Shown here: in pieces, positions 24,819 to 38,402 of the stretch
Layout: each line of letters begins with the position of its first letter
Position numbering within the stretch: the stretch's first letter is position 1
DNA from: Chlorokybus atmophyticus
Taxonomy: Eukaryota; Plantae; Mesostigma and Chlorokybus algae
Assembly (NCBI GenBank): GCA_009103225.1
Contig: RHPI01000810.1
Span: forward strand, 1,281,962-1,345,961
DNA length: 64,000 nucleotides
Reading direction: 5' to 3'
Notes under the pieces: generated by a model
The model's database searches: none
Seen by the model: the letters and a program-made list of their open reading frames with translations, nothing else
What the model was told of the DNA's origin: nothing
Translations under genes and position numbers: made by a program

Positions 24819-27800
24819 ATGTGGACGGCGAGAATGGCAGCAGCGGCGGCGATGACGGTTGGGAGGGCCGTTGGGCTGTGGTCGGCATGCTACACACCAG
24901 CTGCTACTCTCCAACGAGCTGCTCCACCGCTGCGCCGACTGGCTGCCGGGCGCCATGCACTGGCAAGCAGGCGAGGGGTTGCTGTGGTTGGGCGGCCGCT
25001 GGTGGCTGAGGCGTTTCCACGTGTCAGAAGAGCTGTGGGTGCCCGTGTCGTCGCCTCCGCTGCCGCTGTGTCCGCTGACAAGAAGGATGCCGCAGTCAAG
25101 CAGCAGCAAGACAGCAGGCTTGCAGCGCTTCGTGAGCAGATGAGCAAGGCCGGGGTGGATGCTTATATCATCCCCACTGAGGACGCGCATGCGGTGAGCA
25201 ATATCTACGTTAGGTCTGCGCGGAAGGCACAATTCGAGCGGAGTGCACAATTCAGGCACTTCGGCAATTATTGATTGTGCCTGTAACACGGACACACATG
25301 GCTGTCGTCTTCACAGATTTATATCAGCAGGTTTTGCGCATCGAGATAGTGTTTGACTCTAGGAGGTCAAGAGCTGTTGTTAAGGCGGTTTGCGTGCACA
25401 GCTTACATCAAGTGGTTTATCACATCACTGTCATTCTTTGATTGTCGTGTTGATTCAATGTGCATTGCACCATGTCGTCAGTGTGTCTTGAACAGACGAA
25501 GCGGAGTCGTGAAAGTACTGGTTCTATGTCAACTCCAGCTTTGTCTATTAGCATACGCTCATTTATGTACAAGCGTTTCCTTGTGTGCAGGATGCATGAC
25601 ATGTACTCATTTTGTCAGCACGCCCAACTTGCGCATGGCTGGCACATGTCTTATGCTCAGTGCAACTGATGAATGCAGCAATACGCTCCCGTGCAAAGCA
25701 CTGGCCGATGATTGTGGTTGAGACAATAGAACTTGCCTGTAGGTTGAACGGTCTACTGCAGTCCTGCTCCCTCAGAGGCCTCATTTGGTTGTATGTGCCA
25801 TTGCACGCATGCTGACGTCGCACCTTGTTGTACAGTCACGCAGTCTGTTTGCTGCTGCAATGCTAGGTTGAGCTTGACAATGGTTTGTTTGCCAACAGAG
25901 TGAATACAGTGCCTTACGCTATGCACGAAGGGCTTTCATCACGCGATTCACAGGATCTGCTGGCACAGCTGTGGTGACGAAGGAGAAGGCAGCACTATGG
26001 ACAGACGGGCGATACTTCTTGCAGGTATGCTTATAGGAGGTTATCTCGAAGCTTCCTCTGTCGACATTCATCTATCAAGCCATTGGTTGCGCATTGAGTT
26101 GAGAGTCAGCTCATGACAATGTGCATGGTTGATTTCAAGACTGCTTGCAGGCGTCACAGCAGCTTGGCTCTCAGTGGACGCTTATGCGTGCGGGACAACC
26201 CGGAGTGCCCGACATGGCTGCCTGGCTGACAGATGTGCTGCCGAGTGGCAGCTCCGTTGGCATTGATCCGGTGTGTTAAGTGGTGTTGGCTGTGTGTATA
26301 TGTGGTGTGTGTTAGTAACAGAAGCTCATTATGTGTGCATCGCAGTTCTTGCATTCTGCTACAGCTGCACGCGAATTGCTTCAGAATCTTGAGGAGCACG
26401 GTTGCACACTGCTGCCGCTGCCGAACGGCAACTTGGTACGGTATTCTGGCAATTGCATGTTCAATCGCACGCTTCCATCAAGCGGTAGACATGCAACTTG
26501 TTGAGGCCCGTGACATTTGGTTGGCCTACGATGCGGACTGGACTGCATTGCTTGGGTGTTGTGCTGTCGTGGAGGATGTCGGTGGCATTGGCCACCAAGA
26601 GTAATCAACGGGGGACGCGCATCAAGGTTGCCAAATGTACGCGTGTCTCCCGTTGCTAGTCACTCTCGGTAGCCACTGCCACCGACATCGTCCAGGGCTT
26701 CTGCATGACGCGCCCAAGCAAGGCAGTTCAGCCGATAGCAAGCCATCCAAATGTTGGGCGGATGCCCTCAAAAAGTACTTGCGGCTCTATACCTTCGGGA
26801 ACCGAATGCAGACTGGGCCGGGCTAGGACTACAAGCTGATATGGTACATCCCACGCAGGTTGATGCTGTATGGGGAGAGGACATGCCTGCTGCGCCAGAC
26901 GCAGAGCTTCGCGTACATCCGGTTCAGTACGCAGGACAAACAGTTGAAGAGAAGGTGTGCGAGCATAGCTGCACAACCAACTTTGTGCTTGCTCAGTGCT
27001 GCTGATGAGTTTTCTGTATCATTCCCAGCTTCAATCCGTTCGTGGCAACATGAAAGAGACTGGGGCTGGGGCTCTCGTAGTCAGCATGTTGGACGAAGTT
27101 GCGTGGCTGTATAACCTGGTGAGTTTTGTGTGCACTCGTTTTTTGTGACTTACCCATCCTTGATAATGTGAGGTTATGAATTGGTTGCGCTGGTTGTCAA
27201 CTGACTCTGTAGTCATTTATATCTGGTTTTCGTCTGGTAGCGTGGAGGAGATGTCCCGCATTGTCCAGTTACCTACGCTTATGCAGTGGTGACAGCTTCG
27301 GGTGCATCCCTGTATGTAGACAAAGGCAAAGTGACGCCAGAAGTTGCCGAGCATCTGCAGGTGACCCTGTTGCTGTAAATACAATGGGCTTGCTCGTGCT
27401 TGCTAGACAATGCCAGTGTTTTGAAGGGGTTGTTGGTGGCAGGCAGCTGGTGTGAGTGTTCTTCCTTACGACACACTCCTGGTAGACATCAAGCAGTTGG
27501 CAGCCAGTTCAACCAAGGTACATAGTTTTCACTGGCTTCATTTGTTAACTACATCATGTGAACAGTGGAGTGCTGTACCTGCTGCCACTGGAATCAAGCA
27601 TATCAAACAATCAACCTTGTTCACAGCTGTTGCAAGCGCATATTGACGCCTTTTGTTTGCAACTTGCCTACCATCAACTGCAAGCTAAGCTTTATAGGGC
27701 AGCATTGCTTACAATTGATGGATTCACGCATAATCGTGTGTATTAGTCTGTTACACACGTAATTGCAATACATGCTTGTCACAGTAGACAGCATGTCAAT

Positions 27801-29542
27801 GTTGAACTAGTCATGCTTTGCAAGCACTACGACATGCAGACAACCATCACATGCATGCAGCACGTCATTGTACATTTGCGGATGTGAATCTCTTGCACCT
27901 TCCAGTATTGTAGCTAAGATGATTTGCATCTGGCTTGTGCAGTTGTGGATGGATCTAGCCAAAGTCAGCTTTGCAGTGTTTGCTACTGCTGAGTCTGGTT
28001 CTGAGGACGCCAAAAAGAAAGAAAAAGCAAAGGAGCGCCGCAAGATGGGCTCTCCGAATGGTGTGACCGATGGTGGTGATATCGTGCGCGCATCCCCAGT
28101 CATTGGTAAGTGTGCAGCTCACTCACGCAGAGTTGCTTGTTGGTGGGCTTGCGTGCGTGCATGTGTGCCCCTTTGTTGAGTTCCATGGTGCTGCTGCTGT
28201 GACCTTGGTGTGCGGTATGCTTGATCTGCAGCTACTTTTGATGCTATAAGCTCGCCTTATTGCATGTTTTGCAGCGTCAACTTCACCTATTACAATGGCC
28301 AAAGCAACAAAGAACGAAGCTGAGTTGGAAGGCATGCGAAAGGCGCATTTGCGCGATGCTGCTGCCCTAGCTAACTTTTGGGCATGGTTGGAGGCAGCTG
28401 TTACCAGTGGTGAACAACTCACTGAGGTTTGTAACCCTGCCGCGACGAATTGCTACAGCGCTTGCAATGGTGCATGCAAACACATTTGACCATTTGTCAA
28501 CAGTTTTCCGGGGTTGATGCCAGCCAGCTCAGCAGCATTTGAACAGGTGTACGTTGGTGAGCGCTTGGAACAGTTCAGGAGGGAGCAAGAAGGGTTCCTT
28601 GACACCTCATTTGACACCATAGCGGGGTCCGGACCAAATGGTGCAATCATTCACTACAGAGCAGAAGAAGGAACTTGCAGGATAGTGGATGACAAATTCC
28701 TGTTTTTGCTGGACAGCGGAGGGCAGTACACTGATGGTGAGCAATAGCTTGCTGACTAGTTGTGTGTTCTTATATGATTATGCTGGGCAGCAGAGAGAAC
28801 AACCATTGCAGCAGCCTCTAGCTTCAAATTGCTCGATTGTCTCACGCCTGGTGTCAGGCACAACTGATATCACACGGACGGCACATTTTGGCACTCCAAC
28901 GGACAGGGAGAAGGAGTGCTTCACGAGGGTGTTGCAGGGGCACATCGCGCTCGACAGTGCTGTTTTCCCTGAGCGGACTCCAGGGTTTGTTCTAGACGCC
29001 TTTGCGCGAGCTTCACTATGGAGCGCTGGCTTGGATTACCGCCATGGCACGGGGCATGGTGTTGGCGCAGCGCTCAATGTGCATGAAGGACCTCAGGTAC
29101 GATACATATCACTAGTAGAACAACTGCAGCAGCCAGCTCCGCATGCGGTATATGTGAATGCGTTTTGTGCGAAAACACACTCGTGTTGCTGCAGGGTATC
29201 AGTGCCAGGTATGGCAACCAAACGCCATTGGCAGCCGGGATGATCGTGAGCAATGAGCCCGGGTATTACGAGGACGGGGCGTTTGGCATCCGCATTGAGA
29301 ACTTGCTGGTGGTGAAGGAAGCCAACACGCCGAACCGCTTCGGCGGCACAACATACTTTGACTTTGAAAGGCTGACGTTCTGCCCAATCCAGACGAAGCT
29401 TTTGGCGCTAGAAATCATGTCGGAGTCTGAAGTTCAGTGGTTAAATGCCTATCACACGCAAGTGTGGGAAAAGGTTTCTCCGTTGATACAAGGTGACGCA
29501 CTCGAGTGGTTGCGGAGAAATACCCAGCCAGTTGCAAAATAG
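24819..29542 (+). CDS. APP2: Xaa-Pro aminopeptidase P (M24B) with an organellar transit peptide, multi-exon
   Basis: [28 protein letters not shown]...[94 protein letters not shown]; Ala/Arg-rich N-terminal extension. Start could be 24819 or 24834. Confidence 0.95.
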
Positions 29543-29724
29543 AGTTCTTGCCATAACTTGTAGGGTTAGTCACATAGACACTAGATGTTAGTTGGACCAA
29601 CTGTGTAGTGTTTAGTGCACTGGGGACCTCAACTTGTTAATCTTAATTGTTGTGTTGTGTTTGCCAAAGGTGTGTGGCTGTCGTTCTTGTTCTCTTTACA
29701 TACTGCAAGTATGACCATCGATAA

Positions 29725-32240
29725 TCACGAGTCTATTGCTGCCGCCAATGCAGTATCTACAATCAACCTAGGCACTCTCTTCACCACCATGTCAATAGGA
29801 ATTGCAAAATTGGCGTCGGAAGACATGCCAGTCCCTGTTCAACGCAAAACGCTCAGATGGTTGTCTGCGCATACACTGGTATCACATGGACAGATGCCAA
29901 GAATGCATTGAATTGCCATCACCATCCAGGATAAGATTCACCTTGACGTGTGAAGGTTGCGGTGTTGACGCCAATCACTCGCCCAAATGAGTCCAGAGGC
30001 CCTGCATGTAAAGCACACCCCAGGTTGAACACAAGCTAGACCTTGTATAAGACTGCTGTTCTGCCAACAAGCACAGACGTACCGGCATTGATTGCTGCAT
30101 CGGTTTGGATGGCACCAGGGATGGCCCTTCCAGTAGGCGATGGTATGTTCCTTTTCAACCCGCTAACAACCTGCTTTCATGGCCAGGACATGAGGTGAGG
30201 TTGCAGGACACATGGAAAAAGTTGGCAACAGGCAAGCAGTAACAAGAATGAACCGCACCCCAACAGTTAGCGTGTGGTCGAACCCGTAAGGGTTGTTGAG
30301 AGCATAGCAAGTCTGTCCCACGCAACATCCAAGGAAGTTCCCACTCGTGCAGGCACCACAGCGTCAGCAGGCGCATCAATCTGAGTTGCATACGAGTTCA
30401 TCAGCAATGTGCGTAGTCCGAGATGGAACTACCAACGCACACACTACAACGCGCATTGCATCACCCTACTGCCATGGTGCCATGGTGTTTTATACACGTC
30501 ACATGATGCGCGCAGTCGCAATGTGGAGGGTGTGGATCACGACGCTGGGCTTACCACACCTTCAACACGTGATCATTGCAGGGATCGGTACCCACTATGG
30601 ATGCTTCGTAAATCTGGAACTTCTTGTCTTTGCCCAACATAGTAACCTAACAGCCGGTTGAAATTCAGTGATCGTTGTGATAAGCAATGACACCAAGGAG
30701 TGTCCACATAACACCACATACCCCTGCAGAATACAGCATGCAAGCTGAACATACATAACATACACATCAAGTGTCCGCTTACTCTTCTTCTTTGCCTCCC
30801 TGTACTATCCATAGCCAGCTTTGGTAGTTTGTCACTTTGCAGGCAGATGCAGTTGGCTGCCCTCATATGACAATGAAACTCTTAACTTTGACACATGTGA
30901 CATCCGGATAGCACAAAAAAGGCCACAACGTGATAGAGTGAAGTTGCACATACACACTCACAACGTGTCCAAATCTGTCGCAAACAAAACCGGACCCGAC
31001 TGCCTCCTGTCGCTCTTCAACACTCCCGTCCGCCCGCTCGTAGTCCGTCACCGACACCTCGGAGCTGGTGGCATCCTGCAAGACGCTAAAGTTCACAACC
31101 AGCTTGTGCTGTTTTCTTTCTTCGTGCGTATGAGGAATTGAGATGCATCCACCAACAGCATTGCAGCTGCCGGAGCTTCCATCAATAACAACCCATGCAC
31201 ACATTGTAGTCGTGCACAACAACGTGAACAACACGAACAGCGTGGACAACACTGCGGCAGCATGGCAACATGGTACTCGACAAACATCACATCGCACATG
31301 TTGCATGCATCCATGAGTATATGTTGTGTCAAGAATCAGCTCACACACACCTCGAACACTCTGACTGCAGGCTCGTCCTCTGCGGTCAGATTGTAGTCGA
31401 CCGCGGCGAGAGCATGCTGACTATGGTCAGCTAACCGAGTGACGCCGGTCAGCAAGACCGCGGTGGCGCCCAACGCTGCGCAACGTGTAATTGAAGCAGT
31501 AACCGAGCTACTTCTCTGGCCCTGGAGGGAATGAACATACCAGTTGGAGGAACACTACTGCAGATGTCATGTGGCAATCGACATTTTGACTTCATCAAAA
31601 ACGCATGCCAAGAAACAAGAACAATGCACACACAATGCACATAACAATCCTATGGTCAGAAAGACTTGACCCTTTTCTACTAAGAATGTTCAAAGCCTCA
31701 TGAAGCAATACGGAGCAGCAGTGGTGGCAGTGTTCAAGGGGCTGAACATAACATCACAGCAGTGCTGCAGCTCTGTACAGGATGGTGTGTGAACTCGAGC
31801 TACTGTTGCTGCAGTCCACTACTATGTTACAAAGATTGTGATGTTATGTTGCGTGTACCTGGACACGGCATGCAAGCTGTAGCTACAGCTTGCATGCATG
31901 CGCTCACCAGGCGGATGTGCTTCATGTTGCGCATGGCGGTCAGTTGCATGTAAGGCTTAAGCACAATCATGTCATTGCTACGCTGCAAGTGTAGTTCAAA
32001 GGTTTTGTTCAGTGTTATTGTTGATACACAGCCAACCATCAAACAAATTAAACAAAGCAACCTAAGCACACAGTCTCACAGCTGCAAGCATAGCAAGGCA
32101 ATGGCAGGCGGATCCACCTGCAGCTCCTCCTCAGCACCAGCGGCGGCGATAGTGGGGGCTGTGCTCCCTTTGACTCCATCCTGCTTCTTTGCCCACGCAA
32201 CTCCACGCCGGCCGGCCTCCACACTACCGCCGACGCAATT
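29725..32240 (-). pseudogene. DEG5: DEG5 protease pseudogene (copy A)
   Basis: Same exon series as 38403-40912 but: ATG replaced by ATT and exon 1 out of frame, twin-Arg RR changed to RC, a 1-nt deletion in the IDAPA..GTSLDV exon (GATGTTGCGTGG vs GATGTTCGCGTGG), and loss of the catalytic GNSGG codons at about 30000. Confidence 0.88.
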
Positions 32241-32394
32241 GTAGGGTTCAGGCCATAGGGGGCTTAGTTGCGTTGGGGTTTAGGATCAATGGATGCAGCA
32301 GTAAGCACTTAGAACAACCGAGTCACTCGTCTCAATCATAATCATGATTGTATTCACGAAACAATGCATGCATGCTGAAGCGTTTCTCACCTCA

Positions 32395-33991
32395 ACGGGT
32401 CAGCGGATGATCGAAAATGTGAAGGTAAGCACCTTCGCTGGCGCCCGTGACCCACAAGACTCTGCCAGCATCAGGCCAGCCATCGTGATGGCGCCACTGA
32501 GGCTTGTTGATGAAGACGTGCGTCATCAGCCCGCTCAATGACTTACTGAACTGCACGACAGTGCCAATCAACACCCGCTCGTCGACCTCGCTGCCGTGCT
32601 CGATGAGCCTGGCCTCCAAACCGTACCGACTTCACCCGGTAACGCCGTGCCCCTCAGCGCGGCCTGCACGGAGACCTCAAAACATACATTCACCAGTTGT
32701 AGAATTGTCTAACACTGCCAGTCAACACCCGCTCGTCGACCTCGCTGCCGTGCTCGATGAGCCTGGCCTCCAAACCGTTACCGACTTCACCCGGTAACGC
32801 CGTGCCCCTCAGCGCGGCCTGCACGATGCTGGCCTCTGCAGCGGCCACCGCCTCGACTTGCAGGTGCCCCAACCTACAAGCCACACCATCATGGTTGAAC
32901 AGGAAGACCATCATCGGGTCTCCTTCCCCGAGGCGCCCTTCCTCGGCGACATGGTTGATGAAGTCCAGGGTGGCGGGACTCAAGTCCCGCTGCCATGCGA
33001 GGTCCTCGCCGCCCACGGTGGCCATCTTCTCTTCACAAGGCGACCGACAACGCTCCTCCTCTCTGCACCCACTTGGCCGCCGTCACCTCCAACCCCTCCC
33101 TCCTCCTTCTCTACCACCACCGCCGCCGCCCTGGCCGAAGAGCTGCCAGGGCTTGAAGCCGTCCTGTGCTGCAGGAGACCAACTGGTGAATGTATGTTTT
33201 GAGGTCTCCAGCAGCACAGGACGGCTTCAAGCCCTGGCAGCTCTTCGGCCAGGGCGGCGGCGGTGGTGGTAGAGAAGGAGGAAGAGAGGGAGGGGTAGGA
33301 GGGGGCGGCGGCCAAATGGGTGCAGAAAGGTGCGTTGTCGGTCGCCTTGTGTAGAGAAGATGGCCACCGTGGGCGGCGAGGACCTCGCATGGCAGCAGGA
33401 CTTGAGTCCCGCCACCCTGGACTTCATCAACCATGTCGCCGAGGAAGGGCGCCTCGGGGAAGGAGACCCGATGATGGTCTTCCTGTTCAACCATGATGGT
33501 GTGGCTTGTAGGTTGGGGCACCTGCAAGTCGAGGCGGTGGCCGCTGCAGAGGCCAGCATCGTGCAGGCCGCGCTGAGGGGCACGGCGTTACCGGGTGAAG
33601 TCGGTAACGGTTTGGAGGCCAGGCTCATCGAGCACGGCAGCGAGGTCGACGAGCGGGTGTTGACTGGCAGTGTTAGACAATTCTACAACTGGTGAATGTA
33701 TGTTTTGAGGTCTCCGTGCAGGCCGCGCTGAGGGGCACGGCGTTACCGGGTGAAGTCGGTACGGTTTGGAGGCCAGGCTCATCGAGCACGGCAGCGAGGT
33801 CGACGAGCGGGTGTTGATTGGCACTGTCGTGCAGTTCAGTAAGTCATTGAGCGGGCTGATGACGCACGTCTTCATCAACAAGCCTCAGTGGCGCCATCAC
33901 GATGGCTGGCCTGATGCTGGCAGAGTCTTGTGGGTCACGGGCGCCAGCGAAGGTGCTTACCTTCACATTTTTGATCTTCCGCTGACCCATT
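32395..33991. repeat. Long inverted repeat (foldback), arms about 790 bp, 22-nt spacer at 33181-33202
   Basis: ORFs 32392..32619(-)/33766..34002(+) and 32504..32797(+)/33588..33881(-) translate near-identically on opposite strands; inner junction GGAGACC (33174-33180) / GGTCTCC (33203-33209). Confidence 0.93.
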
Positions 33992-34889
33992 GGAGATCAT
34001 AACCAGTTGTTTTTTTTTTTTGCTGAATGATTTCCCAGACATCATGCGGTGGCGGCGGCGGCGGGGGAGAGAGGAGGGCGACAAGGAGCAGGAGGCTGAG
34101 AGGGATAGGCTGGCTTCAAGCTGCTGCTGTCAACGGAACAAGGGGGCTTGCGCATCAGAAAAGTACGTCGCCTTTGCAACTCGAAAAGCTAGCGATCTCT
34201 CCATGCATGCTGCTTGCAGCAGGCAGTAGCCTGCATGCAGCTGTCTCTCAAGCTAGCTTGACTGTTTGAGAAAAGCAAAGTACTTTGAGCGTTCACGCCA
34301 CGCTTGTGTGCTCAGATGGGTTGTTTGCTTGGTGTTTGCTGTCGCTGCTGCTGCCTGCTTCACCAACGGCATTGCACATAGGTCATTTAGTGCATAGTGA
34401 TAGGTTGGCACCGGGTGTAGTGTCAGTGTATTGTGTTGCTTGCGGTATTGCCTTGCTAGCTTGTGTGTGACTGTGACTGTGACTGTTGGCTGCTGTGAGC
34501 ACGGACCGCATGCTTGCTTGCACTCTTGCAAATATGACTTATACCCTATGCATGCTGCTTCCAGCATGCAGGAATCAACATGCATGGAGAGAACGCCAGC
34601 ATGCATGCAGCTGTCCGTCAAGCAAACTCGGGCTTAAAGGCAAACCAGTCCGAGGTTTTGGTCGATGAGGTAGTAGCGGTTGGTAACTTGTACATCCTGG
34701 ACAAGGTCACACCTACTCAGACATCAGAAACAACTGCAATGCATGCACCGGATGTTGCGGGCACAACATTGTTGAGATACAGCGTCAACGTATCGCTAGT
34801 ACCATTAGTAGCAGGAAGTCGTTTCAAGATCAGCGCTGTTGCAGCACACCGCCAGAGCAAACTTACAGCCTAGTGTATGTGTTGCAGTT

Positions 34890-37345
34890 CTCGCATGGGC
34901 ACTCCAATACGGTCTCAGCCGGGGTTTTCTTATCAAGGCAGGAACGGCGTCGATGAGCGCAAATGAGTAGGGATGCTCAACATCCTCATAGCCACACCTG
35001 GTAGGCTGCTACAGCATCTGGACCAAGGCCCCAACTTGGACACCGCGCAACTGCAGGTGATGTCACTACTCATGTGGACTATGTGAGGGTTGCAGCATGT
35101 GCGGCTGGTGCTGCAACTAGTGTTGTGGCCTTTTTTATCTGCTCGTTCACGCAGGTGTTGATGTTGGATGAGGCGGATCGAACCCTCGACGTTGGTTTGG
35201 CAGTGGCATAGATTGCAACCATTGCGCATCTGCGCAAGAAAAGGCAAGCCCTACTGTTCTCTGCCACGCAGGTGTTAGCGTATGCATGCAGGGTGCAAGC
35301 TCTCTGAAAGGTTAGTGCGCATACCAACGCTGCATATTTACTTTTGCAGACGAAGACTGTAAAGGATCTTGCAAGGCTATCCTGAAAGCACCCAGAGTTT
35401 GTCACCGTGCATGCAGAGGCCCCCACCGCCACCCCTGTCAGGCTACAACAGGTATCGACGTATAGAGCACCGACAATCATCACTATTATAGTGCTGTGGA
35501 CTGTTGGAGGTAATGATAGTGGGTTGTGGCATTGCAATATTGCGGTGTGGCTGTGCTTACTTGTGGCATGCTCAACAGAGCTACATGGTGTCACATCGCA
35601 CGGTGCGTTGCTGCTTTGAAGCTGGACCTTCTATGTTCTTTCAGCAAGACTCGCTAGAAAGTCCCTCGTGTTCTTCTCCTCATGCAAGCAGGTAGACTGC
35701 ATGCTGCTTCTCCTTCATGAGCATGGCTTATGCCAGCGCACTTGATGCACCAGAGTCGTGTGGCTCATGGCAGATTTTGAAGTGTTGTTGGTGTCATTGC
35801 TTCAGGTGCAGTTTGCGCATAAAGCAGTGCAACAGCTGCGCCAAGGCATTCCTGTATTGTGTCTGCATGGCAAGTCGAATCAGTCAAAGAGACTGGGGGC
35901 GTTCCACAACGCTGCTTGTTGCCACTGATGCAGCATCCAGAGGAGTCGACTTGGTTGTGCAGGTTGGTGGGCCAGCGTTTATGCATTGTCATATAACTGT
36001 GTGGCACTGTTTGACATGCATACAACCTTCATGGTCACTGGTACTGAGTGTTGGTGCCACCTGGCAGCACAACACTTACGCGCAGGAGTATGTGGCAGGT
36101 TAATTGCCGGCAGACGTTGCTCAGTACATATATCGTGCGGGCCGCACTGCGCGATATGTGTCGCATGGGCGTTCCCTGTTAATGCTGACAACAAGAGAGA
36201 AGGGTTCGTGCCTATGCTGGAAGAGGCAAAGGTACCCGCACAGGTAACTGTGGGAACATTGCTGGTATCTGCTGTGTAGCTTTGTCTCACTGGCAGTTGT
36301 TGTTACATCCATGCAGGAGATCAGGGTGGACTAGTCCACACATAAAACAGTCTGTGACGGCAGCCTTGGCCTCGCTGCTTTCCAAAGATGCCGCCCTCAG
36401 CTGACAGCACAGGTAGGGTGTTTGCGTACAGCACTGTGAACATGCACGATGTGTGCGCACAGTGTGATGTATGTTGAGTTTACTATTGACGTGTGGTCCC
36501 TGCATTTGCAAAGGAACACGGATGTGTTCAATGCAAGCAGCCTGCCAGCAAGCGGAGATGGTGAGGGCGATGGGGTTGCCGAGCACACCCACCTGCGGTT
36601 CATGAAGCGCGATACAGCAAGCATCTCCATTAGTGCCAGCGATGAGAATGGCCATGCTACCGACACAGGCGGTGATGAGGATGGCAATGGCAACATGAAC
36701 ACCGCGGTTAGGAGCATGACAACTGATGATGAGATACTGAACGTCAAGCGCGTGGACCATGAGTTGGGCGCGCGCGAAGCAAGTGAAACCGAAGCTGAGG
36801 ATGTCAAGGCTCCAACGCATGGTGTCGATGACGCCGTCTCAACCCCAGCACAGTAAGTCATTGGCGTAAGGCTATCGCAGCAGCTTCAGTAATTATGTTG
36901 TGGAAGTTGCAGATCTATGTATCAGGTGCATCTGCGTGCGTACATCTGCAGGGTGCAGCCACCATTCTGCAATCACATCAATCCCTGACTGGGTGTTTCA
37001 GGGCCCCAAACAAGGAGAACGTGAGCTTCACATGCACCAATCGTCACAGTCAGCGCTTTGTTTCTGGTGAGAGGCTGACACAACTGGCCAACTTTGCCAG
37101 GCAGCACAGTGCGCAAGAAGATATGTGAGGAGGTTTGCAGCAGCCCAGGAGCTTATAAGTGAGCTGCTGCTATGTTGTGGAGCCGACTTTCACTGCGTGG
37201 GCCAATCTCCTGCTTAGCTTATGTTCACACGTGCACAGAGCGCAGTGAAAGTGAAGGCGACCTCAACGAGAATAGTGCTGAACAAGATGCGGTCCAACCA
37301 GCGGTATGAGCAGCTGCTCAAACGCATGCATGTACACAGTCCCAA
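34890..37345 (+). pseudogene. DBP4: Degenerate partial copy of DBP4 (corresponds to about 16570-19090)
   Basis: Colinear exon and intron similarity, e.g. GGGATGCTCAACATCCTCATAGCCACACC, GCAGAGGCCCCCACCGCCACCCCTG, GGGCCGCACTGCGCG, with stops and frameshifts; the 5' exons are absent. Confidence 0.9.
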
Positions 37346-37378
37346 GCCGAAGTATACCAATAGTATCTCTTCCTCATC

Positions 37379-38218
37379 CTGTTTACTGAACAGTGGACGA
37401 CAATACACTGATGGTGGGTAACAGCTTCTGAAGACAACTGATAAGGGCCTTACCACTTGAGCTGGTGCATGTGCGAGAAGTATCAACACTACCTGTCGGC
37501 ATGCGGCAATGGACAGCACCACCAATACTACACCACTCTCTCAACGCTTAACTAACTGTCGCACTGCCTGTGTCAGGCACGATGATTATCACGAGGACGG
37601 CACACCTCGGCCTTGCAATAGACAGGATGAAGGAGTGCTTTGCATGGGTGTTGCACGGCGCGCTCGCTAGCACGATTCCCCCTGAGCGGACTCCAGGGTC
37701 TATTCTTGACACTCCTTCACGAGCTGCGCTATGGGGTAGTTGCGTTAGAGAGTTCTGCAACACTGAGTTCCATGCAGTACGTGGATATGTACTGCACACA
37801 AAACACCTAATGCATGTTGCTGCTGCTTGCTATCAATGCCAGATATGGCATCAAACGCCGCTGGCAGCCGGGATAGTCATTTGAGCATTGCGGCTGCCAG
37901 CGGCTATGCTCATGATCATCCCGGCTGATCGGGATGGTCGTGAGCATGTGGACGGGGCATGTGGCATTCGCATTGAAAACCTTCTTGTGGTGAAGGAAGC
38001 GAACACGCCAAACCGCTTGGGCGGCACAACATATTTCATTTTTTAAATGCTGACGTTCTGCCCAATCCAGACAAAGTCTTTTGGGACCAGAAAACATGTC
38101 GGAGTCTGAGATTCAGTGGTGAAGGGCCTTCACACGCGAGTGTGGGAGGAAGTTTTCTCCATTGGTTTTAAGGTAGCGCACTCAGTTGCAGGGAAACACC
38201 CAGCCAGTTGCCAAATAG
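37379..38218 (+). pseudogene. Degenerate 3' fragment of aminopeptidase P (corresponds to about 28700-29542)
   Basis: CCTGAGCGGACTCCAGGGT, GGCATTCGCATTGAAAACCTTCTTGTGGTGAAGGAAGCGAACACGCC and CTGACGTTCTGCCCAATCCAGAC match the intact APP 3' exons but contain frameshifts and stops. Confidence 0.88.
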
Positions 38219-38402
38219 TGTTCGTCATTGCCATAACTCGTAGGGTTAGTAACATAGACATATGTTGCTGTACGTAGGACCACGTGTGCATAGTTTAGTG
38301 CCATGGGCACCTGAACTGGTCACTTATAGTTGGTGTGGATTAACAAGATGTATGGCTGATGTTCTTTTTCTCTTTTCACCAAGCAATTATACCCCTCAAC
38401 AA

